A stretch of 64,000 nucleotides of DNA. Source: Octopus vulgaris (lineage: Eukaryota). Made by a program: the position numbers and the translations under genes. The notes below the pieces were generated by a model. That model was given only the letters and a program-made list of their open reading frames with translations, ran no database searches and was not told where the DNA came from. The stretch spans positions 70,804,001-70,868,000 of the forward strand of contig OX597816.1 of the NCBI GenBank assembly GCA_951406725.2. Reading direction: 5' to 3'. Positions 1 through 11,500 of the stretch are shown here, piece after piece; the stretch's first letter is position 1, and each line of letters starts with the position of its first letter.

Positions 1-144
1 CAAAACAATGGGAATAAATAAGCATCACATTTGGCAGAGAAATTTGAACGATAAAGGGTTAAATACATACTAAAACAACAACAGCAACAATATGGCAAGA
101 TTTGAAAGAGATAAAAAGATGAAGAAATGGAAATGATAACTTAC

Positions 145-465
145 TCCAGCCACTTCCAGAATGTCTTGCTTGGTGATCTGTTCCTCTCCTTTTAATCGTG
201 ACACACTCTGAAGAAGTGTAATAGCACGTCTTAAATCTCCCTCAGATACCTGTATTAATGCTTGCAAAGCATCTTCTTTACAGACCACTTGTTCTTTCTT
301 AGATATGTCTTGTAATCGTTTCAACAATATTTCTAAAGTGAGAGGTTTGAAGCGGAACTTGGCACACCGGGAAGTGATTGGATCAATAATTCTGCTCACA
401 TAGTTACAGATCAAACAAAACCGGGTGGTTTTTGATTCTTTCTCCATGGTTCGTCGCAATGCCGT
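145..465 (-). CDS. RFC4: RFC4 coding exon 6 (SRC motif, sensor 2 GDLRRA)
   Basis: TAG acceptor (AG at 466-467), GTAAGT donor at 139-144; 321 nt encoding TALRRTME...ILEVAG. Confidence 0.93.
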
Positions 466-3311
466 CTAGGAACACAAATAGAAATTAAACAAAATAATAA
501 AGGAGTTGCTGATATTAACACTATGTTCATCTTCATCATCATTAGCATGTAAAAAGCACCATGCGAACGTAGTTGATGCCAGCGTCCCCTGACTGGCTCC
601 TGAGCCGGTGGCACGTAAAAAGCACCATCCAAATGTGGTCGAAGCCAGTACCCACTGACTGGTTCCTGTGCCGGTGGCACATAAAAAGCACCATCCAAAT
701 GTGGTTGAAACCAGTACCCACTGACTGGTTCCTGTGCTGATGGCACGTAAAAAGCACCATCCAAATGTGGTCGAAGCCAGTACCCACTGACTGGTTCCTG
801 TGCCGGTGGCACATAAAAAGCACCATCCAAATGTGGTTGAAACCAGTACCCACTGACTGGTTCCTGTGCTGGTGGCACGTAAAAAGCACCATCCAAATGT
901 GGTCGAAGCCAGTACCCACTGACTGGTTCCTGTGCCGGTGGCACATAAAAAGCACCATCCAAATGTGGTTGAAACCAGTACCCACTGACTGGTTCCTGTG
1001 CCGGTGGCACATAAAAAGCACCATCCAAATGTGGTTGAAACCAGTACCCACTGACTGGTTCCTGTGCCGGTGGCACGTAAAAAGCACCATCCAAATGTGG
1101 TCAAAGCCAGTACCCACTCACTGGCTCCTGTGCCGGTGGCACATTAAAAGCACCATACAAATGTGGTGAAAGCCAGTACCCACTCACAGGCTCCTGTGCT
1201 GATGGCACATAAAAAGCACTATCCAAACATGTTTGATGCTAGAATGCCCTGACTGGCACCCGTGCAGGTAGCACATAAAAGCAACCACTACACTCTCGGA
1301 GTGGTTGGCATTAGGAAGGATATCCAGCTGTAGAAACTTTGCCAGATAAGATCGGAGCCTGGTGCACCCTACTGGCATGCCAGTCCTCAATCAAACCATC
1401 CAACCCATACCAGCATGGAAAATGGATGTTAAACGATAATGATAATGATAATGCTCCAAGCTTGCATGGGTTAGATGGAATTTACTGAGGCAGATTTTCT
1501 GTGACCAAATGTCCTTCCTGTTACCAACCCTCAGCTATTTTCAAGCAAGGTAATATTTTCCTAAGTCTGGACAGTTTCCATGGAAGATTGGAAAGGAATA
1601 ACACTGACTGCATGACAATGATACACATTTCCAACCATCTTGTGATGTCAAGACCAGAAGGCACAAACACATGCACAGGAGTGGCTGTGTGGTAAGTAGC
1701 TTGCTTACCAACCACATGGTTTCGGGTTCAGTCCCACTGCATGGCACCTTGAGCAAGTGTCTTCTACTATATCCTCGGGCCGACCAAAGCCTTGTGAATG
1801 GATTTGGTAGGCAGAAACTGAATGAAGCCCATTGTATATATGTATATGTGTATATATATATGCATGTGTTTGTGTGTCTGTGTTTGTCCCCCCAACATTG
1901 CTTGACAACCGATGCTGGTGTGTTTACGTCCCCGTAACTTAGCGGTTCGGCAAAATAGACCGATAGAATAAGTACTAGGCTTACAAAGAATAATTCCTGG
2001 AGTTGATTAGCTCGACTAAAGGCAGTGCTCCAGCATGGCTGCAGTCAAATGACTGAAACAAGTAAAAGAATATATGATGGGCTTAAAGCCGTTAGTCAGC
2101 CTGGGGCTATAACAGACTACACTTGCACAAGGTATGCAGTAGGACTCAGCCCACAATCTTGTGGTTAGGAAGCAAACCTCTTAGTCACACAGGAATTACT
2201 TGTGTCTATGAGTTTCTATTCTTTTATGTGTTTCAATCATTTGACTGCAGCCATGCTGGAGCACCACCTTTAGTCAAACAAATTGACCCCAGGACTTCTT
2301 TGTAAACCTAGTACTTATTCTATTGGTCTCTTTTGCCGAACCGCTAAATTATGGGGATGTAAACACACCAACATTGGTTGTCAAGCGATGGTGGCAGGTG
2401 GGAGGGGGGAACAAACACAGACACACAAATACATATGTATGTATATATATACATATATATATATATATATAGGTTATAAATTGAGATAGGGGTTGAAAAT
2501 TCAACCCACCATGGGATAATATATATCCAATATACTGCTAGATAGGTACCCAACAAAATTAATACATAGATGTTAAAAATTGTCAAACAATCAGTTCATC
2601 TATTGTATTATATGGGTAAAGGTAATAATATTACCGTAAATTAATACTACAAAATTAGAGAATGGAGAAACATACTTAAATCAGTAAAACATCAACTATC
2701 CGATGATACTCAATCCATACTTTAATACACCATTACATATGAGTAAAGGCAATATATAAAATGAAATGAGATATACAGTAATAGTAAAAAGATAAAGAGA
2801 TATAAGTAAAAAATTTCAAATATAATATGCAAATAAATCAAAAACTGACAGCTGTTTCGGCAGTGAGGGCAGTCATACCTCATTTAACCTATAAGCCATA
2901 AAGGCAGGTATAAATGAGGCATTAACAAGGATGCCCCACGGCCTCTTCAGAGAATTAAATTAAATTTGTTATAATAGTGAAAAATATTATATAATCATAT
3001 ACATATAAATATAAAAATATAAAAATGTAAAATATAAAAACTTATACATCATAATGCTACACTTATATAATATAATACACATTTGTACAAAAAAGGAAGG
3101 TAAACAGAACAAAATAAAACAAAATATATAACAGTGTATATATTAATATTAATAAGTACCGATATTATACATATTTGGCTAATAGTTTTTTTTTTTTTTT
3201 TTTTTTATTTTTTATAAAAAAAGGCTAACACATATGGAGATGAAAAATAATAATTAAAACCATGGTACAGTTCATAAAATTCTAAAGCTATAAAAGTTAA
3301 TAAAAATTAAT

Positions 3312-3353
<42 letters not shown>

Positions 3354-6300
3354 AAAAATAATAATAAAAATAGATACAGTTAAGTTAGCACCAAGTCCAT
3401 CCTTTCAAGATCGAAATGACTATGAGTTAAGAAATGCTGACCACTAGGTAAAGAAAATTTAGATTAATTCGATTGGCTATTGGTTTGAAATTTAAATCAC
3501 AAAAGAAAATTATACGGTTGGTTAGTCAGGGAACGCCAATATTCACACATGCATCTACAGATCAATCGCACATACACACATAGTTATATGTATATACATA
3601 CACTTATACACATACATAATCACAAGCAACAACTAGCACTTAGATAAACAAAAAAAGGGAAGCAACATTTAGTCCTTCAAAATTATAACTGTGCCTCAAT
3701 AACAAAAAAAGAACCATCCATGCATTCCATAAAATATTTAATTTAGATATAAATATATTTTTAAATATCAGTATGTTACTAAGTCAGATAATTATTTCAT
3801 GGGTAACTTAAAATTTATAACACCGGTTTGTTGCAGAGTAAACATACGGTTGTTAGATTTATCGTAAGTTTGTTATGATTTTAAGTACGCTAAATTATAA
3901 AATATAAAATATAAAATATATATTAATTTAAATATTATAAATAAGTCACTTATTAACTTAATAAATATAGTGCCATAATATACCAGTTTAGGCATTAAAA
4001 AATAGAAGGGGAAGTACTAATGTAAACGCTTATGAGAACATCACAGAAATTTTAAATAAATTTTATATTATAAAGACTTAAGATGAAAAGTGATAAAATA
4101 AATAAGAAGGAATAAATACGGTTATACACATAATTATAAGTACAAACCAGTATATATGTATTCATATATTATTAAAATTAAATAAAAATAAATGATAGAT
4201 ATGTATGTATAAAACTACCCCAGTATAAGTAAATAAGTAAAAAAATAAATAGGTAACAAATTAGATGACTTGATATGTATGTAAACATCTACACTTAAAT
4301 AGGCAAATAAATAAATAAATAGAAGACTAGATGCAAAGATTGATAACATTACAATAAAATGGAAAATAAATAAAAAAATAAATAAATAAATAAATAAATA
4401 AATAAAGTGAATATATATGTTATATTGTTGAATGTAAATATGTATGGAAGGATAGTTTAAAGTACAGATCCAGAGGACTATAGATATAAACTAAATATAT
4501 AAGGCTGGTAATAATTATAAAGCAAAATGCATGTAAATGAGAAAATGAAAAAAATGAAAAAGGTTTATCAGTGAATAGCATAAGATACAAATTAAGGTGA
4601 GTACAAAAAGACCAAATATACAATAAAAACCTTCCAAATAAACACATACAAAAAAACCTATAATCTTAACCTAAACCACCAAACTCACAAAAGGCTCTCA
4701 TATATTACATATTATACAATATCATTACATTATCCAGAGCTAGGTATCTAACCAAGATATATATACATACTATGCAATATACTATGCAATATTAGAAAAC
4801 TTCAATAACAACATTAATGAAAAAAACTTCTTTTGTATTCATAGGCTACCGTTCACCTTTTCTAGATTCAAATAGAACTTAGCACTTCCACTATTATTAA
4901 TTTTTTAATTCCCTTCTTTAACTAAATATACCTGTGGTCTTCTATAATTCTAAAGTATACAATTTATAAATTTTATAATTTTATAATTTTTATAGCTACA
5001 TTTGTATAATAATTAATGGATGTGTCTAGTATTATTGGTTTCTTGTTTTTTGTATGTGGGTTTTTGTTTGTTTTTTAAGAGAAATGCAATATGACATAAA
5101 ATAACATATTCATTTTGGTATTTGCCTTGTAATGTGTGATTTTTGAAGTTTTCTAATATTGCATAGTATATTGCATAGTATGTATATATATCTTGGTTAG
5201 ATACCTAGCTCTGGATAATGTAATGATATTGTATAATATGTAATATATGAGAGCCTTTTGTGAGTTTGGTGGGTTTAGGTTAAGATTATAGGTTTTTTGT
5301 ATGTGTTTATTTGGAAGGTTTTTATTGTATATTTGGTCTTTTTGTACTCACCTTAATTTGTATCTTATGCTATTCACTGATAAACCTTTTTCATTTTTTT
5401 CATTTTCTCATTTACATGCATTTTGCTTTATAATTATTACCAGCCTTATATATTTAGTTTATATCTATAGTCCTCTGGATCTGTACTTTAAACTATCCTT
5501 CCATACATATTTACATTCAACAATATAACATATATATTCACTTTATTTATTTATTTATTTTTTTTTATTTTCCATTTTATTGTAATGTTATCAATCTTTG
5601 CATCTAGTCTTCTATTTATTTATTTATTTGCCTATTTAAGTGTAGATGTTTACATACATATCAAGTCATCTAATTTGTTACCTATTTATTTTTTTACTTA
5701 TTTACTTATACTGGGGTAGTTTTATACATACATATCTATCATTTATTTTTATTTAATTTTAATAATATATGAATACATATATACTGGTTTGTACTTATAA
5801 TTATGTGTATAACCGTATTTATTCCTTCTTATTTATTTTATCACTTTTCATCTTAAGTCTTTATAATATAAAATTTATTTAAAATTTCTGTGATGTTCTC
5901 ATAAGCGTTTACATTAGTACTTCCCCTTCTATTTTTTAATGCCTAAACTGGTATATTATGGCACTATATTTATTAAGTTAATAAGTGACTTATTTATAAT
6001 ATTTAAATTAATATATATTTTATATTTTATATTTTATAATTTAGCGTACTTAAAATCATAACAAACTTACGATAAATCTAACAACCGTATGTTTACTCTG
6101 CAACAAACCGGTGTTATAAATTTTAAGTTACCCATGAAATAATTATCTGACTTAGTAACATACTGATATTTAAAAATATATTTATATCTAAATTAAATAT
6201 TTTATGGAATGCATGGATGGTTCTTTTTTTGTTATTGAGGCACAGTTATAATTTTGAAGGACTAAATGGTAGCATAGTTGCTTCCCTTTTTTTGTTTATC

Positions 6301-6586
6301 TAAGTGCTAGTTGTTGCTTGTGATTATGTATGTGTATAAGTGTATGTATATACATATAACTATGTGTGTATGTGCGATTGATCTGTAGATGCGTGTGTGA
6401 ATATTGGCGTTCCCTGACTAACCAACCGTATAATTTTCTTTTGTGATTTAAATTTCAAACCAATAGCCAATCGAATTAATCTAAATTTTCTTTACCTAGT
6501 GGTCAGCATTTCTTAACTCATAGTCATTTCGATCTTGAAAGGATGGACTTGGTGCTAACTTAACTGTATCTATTTTTATTATTATT

Positions 6587-6631
<45 letters not shown>

Positions 6632-8518
6632 AGTAATTTTTATTAACTTTTATAGCTTTAGAATTTTATGAACTGTACCATGGTTTTAATTATTATTTTT
6701 CATCTCCATATGTGTTAGCCTTTTTTTTTATAAAAAATAAAAAAAAAAAAAAAGAAACTATTAGCCAAATATGTATAATATCGGTACTTATTAATATTAA
6801 TATATACACTGTTATATATTTTGTTTTATTTTGTTCTGTTTACCTTCCTTTTTTGTACAAATGTGTATTATATTATATAAGTGTAGCATTATGATGTATA
6901 AGTTTTTATATTTTACATTTTTATATTTTTATATTTATATGTATATGATTATATAATATTTTTCACTATTATAACAAATTTAATTTAATTCTCTGAAGAG
7001 GCCGTGGGGCATCCTTGTTAATGCCTCATTTATACCTGCCTTTATGGCTTATAGGTTAAATGAGGTATGACTGTCCTCACTGCCGAAACAGCTGTCAGTT
7101 TTTGATTTATTTGCATATTATATTTGAAATTTTTTACTTATATCTCTTTATCTTTTTACTATTACTGTATATCTCATTTCATTTTATATATTGCCTTTAC
7201 TCATATGTAATGGTGTATTAAAGTATGGATTGAGTATCATCGGATAGTTGATGTTTTACTGATTTAAGTATGTTTCTCCATTCTCTAATTTTGTAGTATA
7301 TATATATATATATACCTGTCTTCATCTTTTGTTTTTCTGTAAATTCCAACTATATATATCTGTGTGTGTACGACAGGCTTCTTTCAGTTTCCGTCTATTA
7401 TATCCACTCACAAGGCTTTGGTTGGTCTGAGGCTATAGTAGAAGACACTTGCCCAAGGCACCACGCAGTGGGACTGAACCCAGAACCATGTGGTTGGGAA
7501 GCAAGCTTCTTACCACACAGCCACAGGGCCAGCAATTCAGAGTAGAATTCTGTAAAGTTTGGGCAGACTGCACACTTCAACATATGTTAAGTGAAGCCGA
7601 CAATGCAGGAGGATGAAAAACAAAATTAACTTCAGTGCATGTTTGTGTCTCCTTGTCTTGATGCTGTGTATGAACTGTAAACAATCATGACTGTCATGTA
7701 AGTGGTGTTGTTCATTTGCTATCTGCCATGAAAACATGCCTGACCATAGGTAACAGGAAAAGTATCTGGCCATAGAAAATCTACTGCAACGAATTACACC
7801 TGAGCCAACCAACCGTGAAAAATTGGATGCTAAGATGATGATGATGATGATAATGAAAAATATGTAATATATTTAAGCGTTTGGCATAAGAGAAGTATCA
7901 AACAGTGAAAAGATATATTTCATGTAAATATTTAAATTTGAAGAAATATGAAACCTACATAAGATTTGAAAAAGACATCCAAAGAAATTTTTTTGTTTGG
8001 ACTAAACTAAAAATGTCAAGAGCAAAATGGAAAAAATCTCACCTGAGCTGCTAGTGTCATAGAGTCAGCTTCATCTAAGATGATTATCTTAAAAGGAGGA
8101 CAAGGTTTTCCACTAAAGAAAAATAAAACAAATGATTCAAGATAATAAACTCTGTGATAGGTGTATGTGTGTGTATACACACACACTAGCAAGGCATCCT
8201 GGCATTGCCCAGGTGTTATGGCCTACAGCCAAATTGTATTATTTGTTTCTTTCTGTTGGGCAGAATCGGCACACGAGGTGTGTAAAGCAAAAACATTTAG
8301 AATGACAGCTTAGACTAGAATGAAATCTTAACATTGCCCCCAAAATGATCTAGACTTACGCAGGAGTGGCTGTGTGGTAAGTAGCTTGCTTACCAACCAC
8401 ATGGTCCCAGGTTCAGTCCCACTGTGTGGCACCTTGGGCAAGTGTCTTCTGCTATAGCCCCGGGCTGACCAATACCATGTGAGTGGATTTGGTAGACGGA
8501 AACTAAAAGAAGCCTGTC

Positions 8519-8576
<58 letters not shown>

Positions 8577-11500
8577 CTGTGTTTGTCCCCCTAGCATTGC
8601 TTGACAACCAATGCTGGTGTGTTTACATCCCCGTCACTTAGCGGTTCGGCAAAAGAGACTGATAGAATAAGTACTGGGCTTACAAAGAATAAGTCCCGGA
8701 GGCGATTTGCTCGACTAAAGGCAGTGCTCCAGCATGGCTGCAGTCAAGTGACTGACACAAGTAAAAGAGTAAAGAGTATATAACGAATTGGATGATGTGT
8801 GAGGATGTACAGGTATCCGTGTTGCAGAAAGTAAGGTACACGGAAAGAAAGCTGCTTCATTGTAAAAAGCATCATCTCTGTAAATGTTTGGGCAGACTGC
8901 ACACTTCAACATATGTTAAGTGAAGCTGACAATGCTTCTGGGTAAACTATGTTTTACGTAAGTCCAGTACTGGTAGAATAAATATACAAGTCATCTGCAC
9001 TGCTAACTCGAGAGCATGCGGTATATAGTTGTCCAGGAGAAAAGCAGGGTATTTGTAAATTGAGACCCCCAATTTTTAAAGTTTGACCATGGGTTTTGTT
9101 GATTATCATAGCAATGCACAACTGCATTGGGAACTGAAGGTGCTTAAATTGAAGTGGCACATTTGAGGGAATAAGGGGCATGCATGGAATGTATTCAATC
9201 TCTCCTCGATGGCAGTTGGCAATAATGGTTGCTTCAAGGACATGACTTGTCATTGCAGTTACAGTCAATTTTGTACCATTGCATAGTCATGGTGGATCCA
9301 AATTCCTCAAGAGCATGATAGGTGCACCTTTCTTTAGGAACAATTTATGTAGTGGCAGTCCTGTGGGTTGTATTGAGTTGAGAACTTCAACTGGATACCC
9401 AACTGTGGCATGTTTGTCAATGGTAGTATCAGTGGAGACAAACCTTGAAGCATCTCCAGGTAGAATGTAGAGGAGTTCACGGATTACTTTATCAATGCTT
9501 CCATTTCATGGTGCTACAATAGCTCTCTCTGCAAACCATGCTGTTTTTGAATTTGTCTTGCAATGTGGGAAATACCTTTTCGTTAAGCTCAGCCAATGTA
9601 GACACCATGTGCCCACATTCTATTCTATTCTACTCAAGGCACAAGGCCCACAGATTTTTGGGGAGTGGGGGGACAGTCAATTAGAGTGATCCCAGTTTGC
9701 AAAAGGATGAAAGGCAAAATTGACCATGGCAGAATTTGAACTCAGAATGTAAAGACCATGTGACCACATTGCAGTACATGCTATTGCAGGGTGTTATTCA
9801 ATGGTAAGGCATTATTTCCAATTTGTAGAAGTTCACAAGAGAATTCTTCGGGTAAGGAGTCATTGTAGAGATGAGCTCGCTTTTTCTTGCTTAATGAAAG
9901 CTGACAAACAACCCTTCACAGAGGTAAAGACTTCAGACACGCATAGATCTCGTCAGCTTGTGTACCCCATAGTATAACTGGCAATATTTGACGGAAATCC
10001 CCTGCAAGGACAACAGTCAAGCCCCGCCATAATGGCTGTATTGTTTCCCTTAGTGACCTATCTAGGGCTTCTAGTCCACTATGGTGTGCCATTGTGCATT
10101 CATCCCAGACAATAAGTGTAGTAAGTAGCTTGTTCCCGACCACATGGTTCTGGGTTCAGTCCCACTCTGTGGCACCTTGGGCAAGTGTCTTCTATAGCCT
10201 CGGGCTGACCAAAGCTTTGTGAGTGGATTTGGTAGACGGAAACTAAAAGAAACCCATTGTATATATATATATATATGTTTGTGCATCTGTGTTTGTCCAC
10301 CCACCATCACTTGACAACTGAAGTTGGTGTGTTTATGTCCCCGTAACTTAGCAGTTCAGCAAAGAAGACCACACACTTCTTTGTAGATGTAGCCGATGTT
10401 ACTGGGGCTTGGCTGGAAAGTTTTGCTTCAACTTCCAGGTTCACCTGACTTTTGCACCTTCAGATTTCCACCTGTTTCAGTCAACTTTGAAGAGGATATG
10501 AAAATTCACCTGGAAGAGTTCCTTGCCAGTAAAAACAAGAAACTCTTTGAGCAGGAAATAATGGAATTGTCCACAAGATGGCAAACGATACTGAAAGTAA
10601 ATGGTAATTATTTCATTGATCAAGGCAGTGATCTGGTAGTATTTCGTGTGCTTTTGCAATTGGAGTTCAAATTCTGCTGAGGTTGAGTATGTATTAAATC
10701 CTTTCGGGGTCAATTGAAAATATATCAGCTGAAAACTGGGGGTTGATGTAATTGATTCCCTGCCACCCAAAAATTGCTGGCCTTGTGCCAAAATTTGAAA
10801 GCAATTATCTCATTGATTGAATAAATCATATTATGTTTAAAACATGTGTCTTATTGTGTCTGGGGAGAGTCATTTTCTTTTTGTGCCTTATAATGTAACA
10901 CACTCACCGGTAAAATTTCCACGTTTTTCTTATTTTTATTGTCCTAAAATTTTTGTTGCGTCTTGCAACCTTCTCAATAGTTTTGACTCTGGTGAGTGTG
11001 TTACATTATAAGGCAAAAAAAGAAAATGACTCTCTCCAGACACAATAGAATATGCTTCAACACACGAACTCATATAAAGAATCTTGCAAACCAAATCCAA
11101 AAACGAAACATGTGTCTTATTTTCCCTTAAGAAAACAAATTAACTTACTTTTTGGCCAACTCAATAAATCCTCAGACTACTACAGTACCACCATATCACA
11201 CAACTACACCACCATGCCAGCCTACCACTACACTACCTCAACAACCCACTACCACAACATCACCACAGATCCCACCACTACACAATCACTACAACATAAC
11301 ATAACCACATGACACACCATCGCTATACTGCAACACTGCACCACCACATTATGCTATATTCGAGCGTGATCGTTACCAGCGTCGCCTTACTGGCACTTGT
11401 GCCCGTGCTAGTAGGATGCCAAGAGCACCATCCGAGCATGAGCGTTGCCAGAGCAGCCAGCTGGCTTCCGTGCCAGATGCACGTAAAAGGGGCACCATTC

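Larger units (their letters stand above)
2644..7299. repeat. Long inverted repeat: arms 2644-4805 and 5143-7299, spacer 337 bp; probable Penelope-like element (pseudo-LTR) derivative
   Basis: Arms are reverse complements along their length (the same 75-aa ORF appears at 4420-4647 minus and 5301-5528 plus). Hammerhead motif near each outer end; (TA)n on both flanks. Confidence 0.93.
2220..7524 (-). mobile_element. Family A SINE split by the long inverted repeat (3' half 2220-2470, 5' half about 7350-7524)
   Basis: The two halves are colinear and join at the internal (TA)n tract. Confidence 0.75.

Noticed and set aside
411-1169. Long ORFs in several frames with 22-aa periodicity
   Set aside because: Product of a 66-bp minisatellite lacking stops; intronic and repeat-derived.
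545-1290. CRISPR-like regular repeat
   Set aside because: No unique spacers, no cas genes, eukaryotic intron.
4420-5528. Identical 75-aa ORFs on opposite strands
   Set aside because: Consequence of the inverted repeat; low-complexity hydrophobic sequence with no recognisable domain.
2644-7299. Mitochondrial insertion (NUMT) as the source of the AT-rich palindrome
   Set aside because: No recognisable mitochondrial rRNA, tRNA or protein motifs; the hammerhead motif and geometry fit a Penelope-like origin better.
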